Assembly (NCBI GenBank): GCA_964438935.1
Contig: CAYTNC010000001.1
Coordinates: 17,975-81,974, forward strand
Source of the DNA: an uncultured Bacteroidales bacterium
GTDB lineage: Bacteria > Bacteroidota > Bacteroidia > Bacteroidales > UBA10428
DNA length: 64,000 nucleotides
Direction of reading: 5' to 3'
The translations under genes and the position numbers were made by a program. This document shows positions 45,909 through 55,890 of the stretch, one piece after another; within the stretch, counting starts at the first letter, position 1, and the number at the start of each line of letters is the position of its first letter. Below the pieces are notes generated by a model that saw only the letters and a list, made by a program, of their open reading frames with translations, was not told the origin of the DNA and did no database searches.

Positions 45909-48227
45909 ATGTTACGTGATTTAAATACTATTTGCTGCCGGTTATGGATGGTTGTAATCCTGCTGACTGTCAATGACTGTATGTATTCTCAAATACCCTC
46001 AGGTGGCTGGCGCGACCATCTGCCCTACAACGAAGGGTTGCGGCTTGCAGAATACAACAACAGAATTTTCTGTGCAACAATGGCAGGCAGTCTGTATTCC
46101 TATGACACAAGAGACAACAGCATTAAAAAGCACTCCAAGGCCAACGGATTATCTGATGCCGCAGTTACCGCCATTGCCAGCTCCCGGTATACAAACACGC
46201 TGATTGTAGGATACGCAAACGGAAATGTCGACCTGATACGCAATGATTCCGTGATTAACATTCCGGACATCAAAAGAAAGGCCATCATGGGAGCAAAAGG
46301 TATCAATAACATCTATTGCAAAGATCACTATGCATACCTGGCCTGTGGGTTTGGTATCGTTTTGCTGGATCTGAACCGCCGGGAATTCAGCAACACCTAT
46401 TTTTTCGGTGCAGGAGGCGCCCAGGTATATGTTAATGACATCACTTCCCACAATAATTATTTGTATGCCGCCACACGCAATGGCATTTACAAGGCCGACC
46501 TGAATCATCCCAACCTGCTTGATTTCAATGCCTGGCAGCTCATGCTCACCCTTCCTGATCCTGATGCGGATTATCGTTTTGTTGCATACCATAACAACCG
46601 GCTTTTTACTGTTTTCCGCGACCCGGATTCCCCCCAGGATGATATTGTTACTTTTGACGATTCAGGATGGGAGGTTTGGTCAAAAAGCTATGCCGACAGG
46701 TTTGACTACCTGGGCGAGCAAAACGGATTTCTGGTGCTTTCATCTCTTTTAAAAACCAAAGTTTACAGTGGAAATGAGGAGTTAATAAGGGATAATACAA
46801 CCTTTTATGCAAAGCATGCACTTTTTGATACAGGGATGAATTTATGGTATGCTAATCCAAGTGTGGGTCTGGTCCGTCTGGATGCTTCCGGAAACGGAAC
46901 AATTATTGCTCCCAACGGACCTCCGGCAAAAACAGTAGGTGATATTGAAATACTTTCCGGGCAGGTATGGATTGGTTGCGGAAATACGGAATCGCAGTTT
47001 GCCGGTTACGGAGCCAGTTCTTTCATCAACGACCAATGGATCTGGTATAACAGAAACACCATTCCAGAGATGGTTAATTTTTACAATGTTTCTGAAATCT
47101 CCATTGATCCCGCAAATCCCGGTCACGTTCTTGGTGGATCATACGGTTTCGGTGTTGTTGAATTTTTGAACGGACAACTGGTTGATTTGGTTGATCATGA
47201 GGATGACATCTTCGTTCATGTTACAGGTTATGAAAATTTACCGGAATACATTCGCATTACCGGCGTGGATATTGACAGGCAGGGCAACATGTATGCTTCT
47301 GCCTCAAACAGCGAGGTTGGCCTGTATAAGAAAAAACCCGGTGAAAACTGGAAGGCTTTGGAAATTGATTATGACGACTTTGGTTTAACGGTGGATGTAG
47401 GACAACTCCTTGTCCGGGATGAAAAGCAAATCTGGATGCTGGTAAAAGATAAAGGAATACTGGTTTTGGAAGAGGAGGAGGAAGTTTCCGCCCGGGAGCG
47501 GTTTTTTGCTGCCAGAGACCAAAGTGGAAATTTGCTTAACCCTGTTTTTTCCTTAGCTGAAGACAAGGAAGGGGCTATTTGGGTGGGAACTGCCAACGGA
47601 CCGGTAGTGTACTTCAATCCATCCGAAATTTTTGATGAAGAAACCATTTTGGGCTACCAACCACTGATTCGAAGGAATGACGGGTCAAATAATGCAGATC
47701 CGCTGCTTGAAACCGAAAAAATAAGCGACATTGCTGTGGACGGAGCCAACCGGAAATGGTTTGCCACTGAAAAATCGGGGGTATTCCTTATATCACCTGA
47801 TGGGAAAAAAGAAATTCTTCATTTCACCGAAGATAACAGCCCGTTGCTTTCCAATAATGTGCTTACGCTGGCAGTGAATGATGTAACCGGTGAGGTATTC
47901 TTCGGTACCGACAAAGGAATTATCTCATACCGGGGGAGCGCTACTGAAGGAAGTGATGATTTCAATGAGGTACACGTTTTCCCCAATCCGGTTAGGGAGA
48001 CCTACCAGGGAGACATTACAGTTACTGGCCTGGTTGGCAATGTGAACGTCAAAATAACCGACATTACCGGGAATCTTGTATTTGAAACCACGGCAATGGG
48101 CGGACAGGCCTTGTGGAACGGGAAAAATTTCAGGGGAGACAGGGTGCAAACCGGCGTGTATCTCGTGTTTTGCACCAATGAAGACGGATCAAAAACTCAT
48201 GTAGCCAAGCTGTTATTTATTCACTGA
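45909..48227 (+). CDS. porZ: PorZ-like T9SS component/cargo (double beta-propeller with C-terminal sorting domain)
   Basis: 772 aa with repeated two-component-regulator-propeller-type blades (ATRNGIYKA, GTANGPVVYF, GTDKGIISY). The C-terminal ~80 aa is a T9SS CTD (VFPNPVRETYQGDITVTGL...VYLVFCTNEDGSKTHVAKLLFIH). Size and architecture match PorZ. This call is by architecture only. Confidence 0.5.
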   Translation: MLRDLNTICCRLWMVVILLTVNDCMYSQIPSGGWRDHLPYNEGLRLAEYNNRIFCATMAGSLYSYDTRDNSIKKHSKANGLSDAAVTAIASSRYTNTLIVGYANGNVDLIRNDSVINIPDIKRKAIMGAKGINNIYCKDHYAYLACGFGIVLLDLNRREFSNTYFFGAGGAQVYVNDITSHNNYLYAATRNGIYKADLNHPNLLDFNAWQLMLTLPDPDADYRFVAYHNNRLFTVFRDPDSPQDDIVTFDDSGWEVWSKSYADRFDYLGEQNGFLVLSSLLKTKVYSGNEELIRDNTTFYAKHALFDTGMNLWYANPSVGLVRLDASGNGTIIAPNGPPAKTVGDIEILSGQVWIGCGNTESQFAGYGASSFINDQWIWYNRNTIPEMVNFYNVSEISIDPANPGHVLGGSYGFGVVEFLNGQLVDLVDHEDDIFVHVTGYENLPEYIRITGVDIDRQGNMYASASNSEVGLYKKKPGENWKALEIDYDDFGLTVDVGQLLVRDEKQIWMLVKDKGILVLEEEEEVSARERFFAARDQSGNLLNPVFSLAEDKEGAIWVGTANGPVVYFNPSEIFDEETILGYQPLIRRNDGSNNADPLLETEKISDIAVDGANRKWFATEKSGVFLISPDGKKEILHFTEDNSPLLSNNVLTLAVNDVTGEVFFGTDKGIISYRGSATEGSDDFNEVHVFPNPVRETYQGDITVTGLVGNVNVKITDITGNLVFETTAMGGQALWNGKNFRGDRVQTGVYLVFCTNEDGSKTHVAKLLFIH

Positions 48228-48242
48228 TATCAAAAAGGATCA

Positions 48243-48947
48243 ATGCTCCACAAAACCAGGGCAATTGTTCTGCATTATATTAAATACGGCGAGTCCAGCC
48301 TGATCGTAACTTGCTATACCGAGCAATTTGGACGCATTACCTGTATGGTTAACGGAGCAAGAACAAAAAAGTCAAAAATGCCGGTAACCCTTTTTCAGCC
48401 TTTAAGCTTGCTGGGAATCGACATGTACTATAAACCCAGTAAGGAAATTCAAAGACTGAAGGACGCCTGGTGCCCGCAGCATTATACTTCCATACCCTTT
48501 AACACCACCAAAAGCACTATTGCATTATTTCTGGCCGAAGTTTTGTTTCTGTCGCTCAAAGAAGAAGACAGCAACCCCAAACTTTTTTCCTTCCTGTTTC
48601 ATTCATTTCAGCTTCTTGATGCCAAAGATGCAGGAATTGCCAATTTCCACCTGTGGTTTTTACTGCATCTGACGCGGTATCTGGGGATTTCGGTTAAAGA
48701 GCTTGGTGAAGGTAGTGACCTTATATCTTTGTTTGAAAGTAAGTTATTTTCAAATCTTTCACCGGATGCCCGTGGCGCTATGAAGCTTTTTCTGAACAAT
48801 CCTCAGGGCACGCCGGACACAGTTATGCTCACCCACACAGGCAGGACGGAACTGCTGGAAGAAATAATCAGGTACTATGCCATCCATATTGACGGTTTTT
48901 CCAGAATGAAGTCGTATACTGTGCTCAGGGAAATATTTAAGCCATAA
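48243..48947 (+). CDS. recO: DNA repair protein RecO
   Basis: N-terminal OB-fold pattern KTRAIVLHYIKYGESSLIVTCYTEQFGRI. 234 aa. Confidence 0.8.
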   Translation: MLHKTRAIVLHYIKYGESSLIVTCYTEQFGRITCMVNGARTKKSKMPVTLFQPLSLLGIDMYYKPSKEIQRLKDAWCPQHYTSIPFNTTKSTIALFLAEVLFLSLKEEDSNPKLFSFLFHSFQLLDAKDAGIANFHLWFLLHLTRYLGISVKELGEGSDLISLFESKLFSNLSPDARGAMKLFLNNPQGTPDTVMLTHTGRTELLEEIIRYYAIHIDGFSRMKSYTVLREIFKP

Positions 48948-49053
48948 AGAATTTTTTAATAGCCGGCAGAAAGTCAATTCATCATAAGGCCAAAAACAGG
49001 ATTTACAGCATGAAAATATATGTTAAATTTACAAATTCATTAATCATAGGCAT

Positions 49054-50121
49054 ATGGTAAAGAAGAAAAGTAAGGCCAGCTATGCCAGAAAGGCAGGATT
49101 GCCTCCTGAAAGCCTAGTTTACACAGGAAACAAAAAGCCATCACATGGCGACCTCGAAATTCTTGTTTATGATGAACAAGGATGCCTGCATACACAGATA
49201 TCTGATGCTTCAAAGCTCAACAGCAGTGTAGATAAAAATAAAATTAATCTAATAATTATCAATAATATAACAGACATTAACTTAATTGATAATGTAGGTA
49301 AGTTTTTTGAAATACCTATGATGATGCTGGAAGACGTTCTGAATACTTCCCATTTACCTAAAGTTGAAGAATCAGGAGATGAACTGCTGATGACCCTTAA
49401 ATATATGGAGTATTCAGCCGGGGATGGATTGATTCAACAGCACATCAGCCTGATTCTGGGGCCCTATTATGTGATTGTTTTTAAGGACTTTGAGAACAAG
49501 CTTTTTGAAGACATCAAAACGCGTATTGTTAATGGGAAAAGTAAAGCAAGGGTAAAAAAGGTTGATTATCTTTTCTATTTATTAACAGATACATTAGTAG
49601 ACACTTTCTATAGTGTTATTAATGAGATAGAAAATGATATTGATAAGCTGGAAATTCAACTTCTTGAAACGCCTGAACTCAATTACATCCAGGGTATTTA
49701 TAAAATAAAACAACCACTGAATGACATGCGCAGTGTTATTTTTCCCATCCGGGAGGCGTTGATGAACATTGTACAGGGAGATTATTCGCAGATTGATGAT
49801 GCCACCGTTCCGTATCTTCAGGATGTGAAAGACCACATCAACCACATTATCCACATGTATGACAGAGACAGGGATACGGTGTCGGACCTCATTGATCTGA
49901 ACAGTTCAAATATTAACAACAAGATGAACCGGAGCATCAAAGTGCTCACCATCATTACCACACTTTTCATACCGCTTACACTGATTGCCGGAATATATGG
50001 AATGAATTTCAGAAATCTTCCGGAGTTGGCCTGGAGATTTGGTTATCCGTATGCATTGGTGCTGATGTTGGTCACCGCTTTAATCATGTTGTTGATTATG
50101 AGAAGGAATAAATTGCTTTAA
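49054..50121 (+). CDS. corA: CorA-family magnesium/cobalt transporter
   Basis: Two C-terminal TMs with the signature YGMNF loop (IAGIYGMNFRNLPE). 355 aa. Confidence 0.85.
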   Translation: MVKKKSKASYARKAGLPPESLVYTGNKKPSHGDLEILVYDEQGCLHTQISDASKLNSSVDKNKINLIIINNITDINLIDNVGKFFEIPMMMLEDVLNTSHLPKVEESGDELLMTLKYMEYSAGDGLIQQHISLILGPYYVIVFKDFENKLFEDIKTRIVNGKSKARVKKVDYLFYLLTDTLVDTFYSVINEIENDIDKLEIQLLETPELNYIQGIYKIKQPLNDMRSVIFPIREALMNIVQGDYSQIDDATVPYLQDVKDHINHIIHMYDRDRDTVSDLIDLNSSNINNKMNRSIKVLTIITTLFIPLTLIAGIYGMNFRNLPELAWRFGYPYALVLMLVTALIMLLIMRRNKLL

Positions 50122-50124
50122 AAC

Positions 50125-50757
50125 ATGGATCGTATTCAGGATAATTACAATTGGCTTGATATGGCTAAGCGCCTGCAGGCTGTAGCGCAGGCAGGGATTA
50201 CCTATTCCGAAAATAAGTATGATATCGACCGTTACCAGCAGATCAGGCAGCTGAGCATTGAGATCATGCAGGATTTCACAGGCATGGACATGAAGAAACT
50301 GGCCGATGTGTTTGCCTCCGAAAAGGGATACCAAACTCCCAAAGTAGATGTCAGGGGCGTTGTTTTCAGGGATAACAAAATTTTGATGGTCAGGGAAACC
50401 ATTGACGGGTGTTGGTCAGTTCCCGGCGGATGGGCAGATGTAGGGCTTACGCCATTTGAAGTGGCCAGCAAGGAAGTATTTGAAGAGGCCGGGTTGATCG
50501 TATCTCCGGTTCGGTTGCTGGCTGTTTTGGATAAAAAATGTCACAACCATCCACCTGATCTGTATCATATTTACAAGATTTTTGTGCTGTGTGAGGAAAC
50601 AGGAGGCACTTTACAGGGGGGTATGGAAACAAGTGAAACGGGCTTCTTCAGTTGCGACAACCTGCCTCCTTTGTCCATGCCCAGAATAACCGAAGAGCAG
50701 ATCAGGCTGATGTTCGAGTATAAAAACAATCCGGAGAAACCTGCCAGGTGTGATTAG
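50125..50757 (+). CDS. NUDIX hydrolase with N-terminal Nudix_N-type helical domain
   Basis: Nudix box GGWADVGLTPFEVASKEVFEEAGL. N-terminal helical region WLDMAKRLQAVAQAGITYSENKYDIDRYQQIRQLS. The stop overlaps the carB stop convergently by 4 nt. Confidence 0.75.
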   Translation: MDRIQDNYNWLDMAKRLQAVAQAGITYSENKYDIDRYQQIRQLSIEIMQDFTGMDMKKLADVFASEKGYQTPKVDVRGVVFRDNKILMVRETIDGCWSVPGGWADVGLTPFEVASKEVFEEAGLIVSPVRLLAVLDKKCHNHPPDLYHIYKIFVLCEETGGTLQGGMETSETGFFSCDNLPPLSMPRITEEQIRLMFEYKNNPEKPARCD

Positions 50758-53700
50758 TATTCGCTCCAGCTTTTAATAGTAATGTCGTCAATGGAAATTT
50801 TGCAAAGAGCAGTGAGAAAAGCACTGGCAAGTCGTGCATTCGTAATCAGTGGGATGTTAAAATCCACGGCGCTTCTACGAATGAGGTAGTCGTTGCTGAG
50901 TTCGGTTTTTGAAAGATCCTTGGGAATATTAATAACCAGATCAATCATCTTGTTTTTAAGGTAATCCAGCGTATTGGGCTTTTTGTCCTCGTCGGGCCAG
51001 TGGAGCGTGGTACAGGATATACCGTTCATTTCCAGAAACTGTGCCGTTCCCCGGGTAGCGAAAAGATTGTAGCCTTTCTCTGACAGCAATTTGCAGCTGT
51101 TGACAAGTTCCACCTTGGAACGCATCGGTCCGGTTGATAACAATATGTTTTTCTTGGGATAAGAGTATCCAACCGAAAGCATTGATTTAAGAATGGCGTC
51201 GTAAAAATTCTCTCCGATGCAGCCAACTTCGCCTGTTGAAGCCATATCCACACCTAAAATGGGATCTGCTTTGAGCAGGCGGGAAAAAGAAAACTGGGGT
51301 GCCTTAACCCCGATACAATCCAGATCAAATGCTGATTTGGATGGTTTTTCAATCTTTCTGCCCAGAATGGACTGTGTAGCCAGTTCGATAAAATTAACTT
51401 TAAGCACTTTGGAAACGAAGGGAAAGCTGCGTGAAGCCCTGAGATTGCATTCAATTACCTTAATGTGGTTATCCTTGGCCAGAAACTGGATGTTAAAAGG
51501 TCCCGAAATATGCAATTCCTCTGCAATTTTCCTGGCAATACGCTTAATGCGGCGCATGGTTTCGAAATAGAGCTTTTGTGCCGGAAACACAATGGTGGCG
51601 TCTCCGGAATGAACGCCGGCAAATTCAACATGCTCGCTGATGGCATAGGCAATCAACTCACCGTTCTGTGCCACGGCATCCAATTCAATTTCCTTGGCCT
51701 GCTCAATAAACTCAGATACCACTACCGGATATTGTTTGGAAACTTTGGCCGCCAGGCTGAGGTAGTGTTCCATTTCTTCCCTGTTGGAAACCACGTTCAT
51801 GGCAGCACCCGAAAGCACGTAAGAGGGCCTTATCAAAACCGGAAAGCCGACTTCATCAACAAATTCAGAGATCTCCACGATGCTGGTGAGCTCTTTCCAC
51901 CTGGGCTGATCAATCTTCAACCTGTCGCACAGCATGGAAAATTTATGGCGGTTCTCGGCATTATCAATGGAAAGGGGAGAGGTCCCCAGAATTTTCACCT
52001 GCTGATCGTGAAGCCTCATGGCCAGGTTGTTCGGAATTTGTCCGCCCATAGAAAGAATGACGCCATGTGGATTTTCCAGTTCAATGATGTCCATTACCCG
52101 TTCAAACGACAATTCATCAAAGTAAAGCCGGTCGCATACATCATAATCTGTACTCACGGTTTCGGGGTTGTAATTGATCATAACCGACCGGTAACCTTCC
52201 TTATTGATGGCATACAGCGCGTTTACCGAGCACCAGTCGAATTCCACGCTGCTACCGATGCGGTATGCGCCTGATCCGAGAACTATAACCGATTTATGAT
52301 CACCTTTATATTGTACATCATTTGAGGTTCCGCTATAAGTAAGGTAAAGGTAATTGGTCATGGCGGGGTATTCGGCAGCCAGCGTGTCTATTTGCTTTAC
52401 AACAGGCAATATGCCGTTTTTCTTTCTCAGTTCCCGTACATCCAATAGGCCCTCATGCATGTGTTCCTGCACGTTCTTTAACACGGCACGGGCAATCTGA
52501 AAATCCGAAAAACCTTTTACCTTGGCCGATTTCAGCAGTTCAACAGGAAGTTCGGTTAGGGAGTTGTATTGCTCAAGTTCCAGATTGAGGGTGAAAATGT
52601 TTTTGAGCTTGTGCAGAAACCAGAGGTCAATGCGGGTAAGTTCATGAATTCGTTCAACCGAAAGCCCTTTGGAAAGGGCGTCGGCAATAACGAAAATGCG
52701 CATATCGGTGGGTTCGCTCAGCTCTTTTTCAACCTGCTCAAACTCCAGATCCCGGTTGCCGATAAAACCGTGCATACCCTGCCCGATCATTCGAAGACCC
52801 TTCTGGATGGCTTCTTCGAATGTGCGGCCTATGGCCATAACTTCCCCTACACTCTTCATACTGCTCCCAATTTGTTTGGAAACGCCGATGAATTTATTCA
52901 GATCCCAGCGGGGAATTTTACACACAATATAATCCAGAGCAGGCTCGAAAAATGCGGAAGTGGTTTTGGTAATCGAATTTTTTATTTCGTGCAGTCCGTA
53001 TCCCAGAGAGAGTTTTGCTGCCACAAAAGCCAACGGATATCCGGTGGCCTTGGAGGCCAGAGCACTTGATCGGGATAACCGGGCATTAACTTCGATTACC
53101 CGATAATCCTCAGAATCCGGATCCAGGGCATATTGAATGTTGCATTCTCCTACAATTCCGATGTGCCTGATAATTTTTATGGCCAACTGCCTGAGAATAT
53201 GATATTCCGAATTGGTTAGTGTTTGTGAAGGGGCCACCACAATGCTTTCACCGGTATGTATACCAAGCGGATCAAAGTTTTCCATGTTACATACGGTGAT
53301 GCAATTGTCGTAACAATCCCTTACAACCTCATATTCAACTTCTTTCCAGCCTTTCAGTGATTTTTCAACCAGAATCTGAGGGGCATAAGAAAAGGCCTTT
53401 TCGGCCATCTTTCTCATTTCATCCTCATTGTTACAAAAACCACTTCCCTGGCCACCCAGTGTGTAGGCGGCCCGGATAATAACGGGATACCCGAGCTCCC
53501 TGGCGGCCTCAACAGCCTTTTCGGTTTGGGTTACTGCGAAACTCTGGATGGTTTTTACCTGAATTTCGTCGAGTTTTTTGATAAACAGATCACGGTCTTC
53601 CGTGTCCATAATGGCTTGAACAGGAGTCCCCAAAACACGCACCCTGTATTTTTCCAATACGCCGGTTTTAAACAGCGCAATACCGCAGTTGAGGGCAGTC

Positions 53701-53972
53701 TGACCGCCAAAAGCAAGCAGAATCCCATCGGGTTTCTCTCGGGCAATCACTTTTTCCACAAAATAGGGAGTAACCGGAAGGAAGTAAATGGTGTCTGCTA
53801 TACCCTCAGATGTTTGCACAGTGGCAATGTTCGGGTTGATCAGCACAGTCTTTATTCCTTCTTCCCGCAAGGCTTTCAGAGCCTGGGAGCCGGAATAGTC
53901 GAATTCCCCTGCTTCTCCAATCTTCAGTGCTCCTGAACCCAGCACGATAACTTTGGTAATTGATTTATCCAT
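50754..53972 (-). CDS. carB: carbamoyl-phosphate synthase large subunit
   Basis: Duplicated ATP-grasp halves (VIVLGSGALKIGEAGEFDYSG and VIVLGSGAYRIGSSVEFDWC) and an MGS-like C-terminus. I moved the start to ATG 53972 (MDKSITKVIVLGSG...); the track start at 54062 adds 30 residues of promoter-region sequence. Confidence 0.95.
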   Translation of the reverse strand: MDKSITKVIVLGSGALKIGEAGEFDYSGSQALKALREEGIKTVLINPNIATVQTSEGIADTIYFLPVTPYFVEKVIAREKPDGILLAFGGQTALNCGIALFKTGVLEKYRVRVLGTPVQAIMDTEDRDLFIKKLDEIQVKTIQSFAVTQTEKAVEAARELGYPVIIRAAYTLGGQGSGFCNNEDEMRKMAEKAFSYAPQILVEKSLKGWKEVEYEVVRDCYDNCITVCNMENFDPLGIHTGESIVVAPSQTLTNSEYHILRQLAIKIIRHIGIVGECNIQYALDPDSEDYRVIEVNARLSRSSALASKATGYPLAFVAAKLSLGYGLHEIKNSITKTTSAFFEPALDYIVCKIPRWDLNKFIGVSKQIGSSMKSVGEVMAIGRTFEEAIQKGLRMIGQGMHGFIGNRDLEFEQVEKELSEPTDMRIFVIADALSKGLSVERIHELTRIDLWFLHKLKNIFTLNLELEQYNSLTELPVELLKSAKVKGFSDFQIARAVLKNVQEHMHEGLLDVRELRKKNGILPVVKQIDTLAAEYPAMTNYLYLTYSGTSNDVQYKGDHKSVIVLGSGAYRIGSSVEFDWCSVNALYAINKEGYRSVMINYNPETVSTDYDVCDRLYFDELSFERVMDIIELENPHGVILSMGGQIPNNLAMRLHDQQVKILGTSPLSIDNAENRHKFSMLCDRLKIDQPRWKELTSIVEISEFVDEVGFPVLIRPSYVLSGAAMNVVSNREEMEHYLSLAAKVSKQYPVVVSEFIEQAKEIELDAVAQNGELIAYAISEHVEFAGVHSGDATIVFPAQKLYFETMRRIKRIARKIAEELHISGPFNIQFLAKDNHIKVIECNLRASRSFPFVSKVLKVNFIELATQSILGRKIEKPSKSAFDLDCIGVKAPQFSFSRLLKADPILGVDMASTGEVGCIGENFYDAILKSMLSVGYSYPKKNILLSTGPMRSKVELVNSCKLLSEKGYNLFATRGTAQFLEMNGISCTTLHWPDEDKKPNTLDYLKNKMIDLVINIPKDLSKTELSNDYLIRRSAVDFNIPLITNARLASAFLTALCKISIDDITIKSWSEY

Positions 53973-54010
53973 CCTGTAAAAAGCTGCAAAAAATAATCCT
54001 ATATTTGGCG

Positions 54011-54018
54011 CAAAAGTA
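54011..54018 (-). promoter_or_regulatory. candidate -7 promoter element for carB
   Basis: The minus strand reads TACTTTTG (TAnnTTTG), 39 nt upstream of the carB ATG at 53972. I found no convincing -33 TTTG. Confidence 0.3.
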
Positions 54019-54057
54019 CAAATATTTTTAAATTCCGCTTGTTTATTATTAATATTG

Positions 54058-54092
54058 TGCATACATTTGCAACACCAATGAATATATATACA
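54058..54092. promoter_or_regulatory. two ARG-box-like ArgR operator sites, 21-bp centre-to-centre
   Basis: TGCATACATTTGCA (54058-54071) and TGAATATATATACA (54079-54092), compared with the cross-phylum ARG-box core TGMATWWWWATKCA, have about 2 and 1 mismatches respectively. Box 1 contains a TACATTTG -7-type promoter motif (54062-54069). Box 2 ends 2 nt before the argR ATG. Confidence 0.45.
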
Positions 54093-54094
54093 TC

Positions 54095-54571
54095 ATGGGA
54101 AACAGAACAGAAAGGCTTCTAGCTATCCGCAACATCATTTCTTCACAAAAGGTCTCCAGCCAGGAAGAGCTGCTTGATCTGCTTGAGAAGAAAGGGTTGA
54201 ATTATACACAAGCCACTCTTTCAAGAGATTTAAAATTCCTTAAAGTGAACAAAATATCCGATACTGAAAGGGGCTATATCTATGAACTTCCTGACCAGCA
54301 TCACTTACCCGGTCAGGAATTGGCTGAAAGCTATGCAGCACAAGGATTTGTGTCGATTCAGTTTGCCAACAAACTGGGTATTATCCGCACACTTCCCGGT
54401 TATGCTCCCAGCATTGCCTCTCTTATCGACAAATTCAACGCCTTTGAAATTGTAGGTACGCTGGCCGGAGATGATACCATTCTGATCATACCCCATGACA
54501 ATGTGACTGAAAAAGACGTAATCAATACCCTGATTATTATTGTACCTGAATTAAAAAACAAGATTAAGTAA
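54095..54571 (+). CDS. argR: arginine repressor
   Basis: N-terminal winged HTH ([27 protein letters not shown]) and the C-terminal oligomerisation/arginine-binding motif [12 protein letters not shown]. 158 aa. Confidence 0.85.
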   Translation: MGNRTERLLAIRNIISSQKVSSQEELLDLLEKKGLNYTQATLSRDLKFLKVNKISDTERGYIYELPDQHHLPGQELAESYAAQGFVSIQFANKLGIIRTLPGYAPSIASLIDKFNAFEIVGTLAGDDTILIIPHDNVTEKDVINTLIIIVPELKNKIK

Positions 54572-54576
54572 ATAAC

Positions 54577-55815
54577 ATGAAGAAAGAGAAGGTAGTGCTG
54601 GCCTACAGCGGCGGATTGGACACATCGGTTATATTGAAATGGCTTATTGACAGGGGATATGATGTGATTGCTTACATTGCTGACGTGGGGCAGGACGATG
54701 ATTTTGCAGAAGTAGAAAAGAAAGCATTAAAAATAGGAGCTTCCAAGGTTTATATCAAAAATCTTCAGAAGGAGTTCGTTACCGACTATATTTTTCCGGC
54801 CCTTAAGGCCAATGCCATTTACGAGAACCGCTACCTGCTGGGCACTGCTCTGGCACGCCCCGTTATTGCAAAATACCACATAGAAGTTGCAGAACAGGAG
54901 AAAGCACAATATGTTTCTCATGGCGCCACAGGTAAAGGCAATGACCAGGTGCGCTTTGAACTGGCCTACTACGCCCTGAATCCTAAAATAAAAGTGCTGG
55001 CCCCCTGGAAAATGCAGGAATTTCTGGATCAGTTTAAAGGCAGAACAGACATGCTGAATTATGCCAAAGAAAAAGGAATTCCGGTTAAGGCAACTGTGAA
55101 AAAGCCTTACAGCGAGGATGACAACCTGATGCATATCAGTCACGAGGCAGGAATACTCGAAGACCCTGCTTATAAGCCGGAGAAAGATATGCTCACCAAA
55201 ATAGTACCCCCGCAACTGGCTCCTGATAAGGAAACGCATCTTGAAATTCATTTCAAAGACGGCATTCCGGTTAAGGTGGTCAACAAAGAAAGCAAGATCA
55301 GCATTACCGAACCCCTGAAACTTTTTAATTACCTGAATCAGGTTGGAGGCGAAAATGGTATTGGTATGCTCGACATGGTTGAAAATCGCTTTGTTGGCAT
55401 CAAATCAAGGGGTGTTTATGAAACTCCTGCCGGAACCATCCTGCTTCAGGCTCATATGGATATTGAAGGTATTGCCATGGACCGTGAAGTGATGCGGCTG
55501 CGCAATATGCTGTCGCCTGTATTTGCTGAAATAGTATATAACGGTTTCTGGTTCAGCCCCGAAATGGAATTTCTCAGAGCGGCTATCGACAAAAGCCAGG
55601 AGCTGATTACCGGCGTTGTTTTCCTTACCCTGTATAAAGGCAACGTAATCATTGACGGACGTACTTCGCCCAGCTCGCTGTATGATAAGGAATTATCGAG
55701 TATGGACATTGATGGCGGATTTGACCAGAAAGACAGTGCAGGTTTTATCAAGATCAATGCCATCAGGTTAATGGCTCATCATGCCATTACCAAACGCAAG
55801 GGGAAATCATCCTGA
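54577..55815 (+). CDS. argG: argininosuccinate synthase
   Basis: ATP pyrophosphatase P-loop AYSGGLDTS and the motif [13 protein letters not shown]. 412 aa. Starts 5 nt after the argR stop. Confidence 0.95.
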   Translation: MKKEKVVLAYSGGLDTSVILKWLIDRGYDVIAYIADVGQDDDFAEVEKKALKIGASKVYIKNLQKEFVTDYIFPALKANAIYENRYLLGTALARPVIAKYHIEVAEQEKAQYVSHGATGKGNDQVRFELAYYALNPKIKVLAPWKMQEFLDQFKGRTDMLNYAKEKGIPVKATVKKPYSEDDNLMHISHEAGILEDPAYKPEKDMLTKIVPPQLAPDKETHLEIHFKDGIPVKVVNKESKISITEPLKLFNYLNQVGGENGIGMLDMVENRFVGIKSRGVYETPAGTILLQAHMDIEGIAMDREVMRLRNMLSPVFAEIVYNGFWFSPEMEFLRAAIDKSQELITGVVFLTLYKGNVIIDGRTSPSSLYDKELSSMDIDGGFDQKDSAGFIKINAIRLMAHHAITKRKGKSS

Positions 55816-55890
55816 TTTTAACTGCAAGAATCAAATAGAAATTGAAGTTAACTTCGGGATGTTGATTCCGAAAGATGAGATACTATTGCC

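Noticed and set aside
51465-52274. A 269-aa plus-strand ORF lying entirely inside carB, on the opposite strand.
   Set aside because: The minus-strand frame has unmistakable CarB homology along its whole length. The antisense ORF has no recognisable motifs and looks like a shadow ORF of a long, codon-biased gene.
53973-54062. A 30-codon N-terminal extension of carB in the ORF track.
   Set aside because: The extension runs through the AT-rich promoter and ARG-box spacer. The conserved CarB N-terminus begins at MDKSITKVIVLGSG (ATG 53972).
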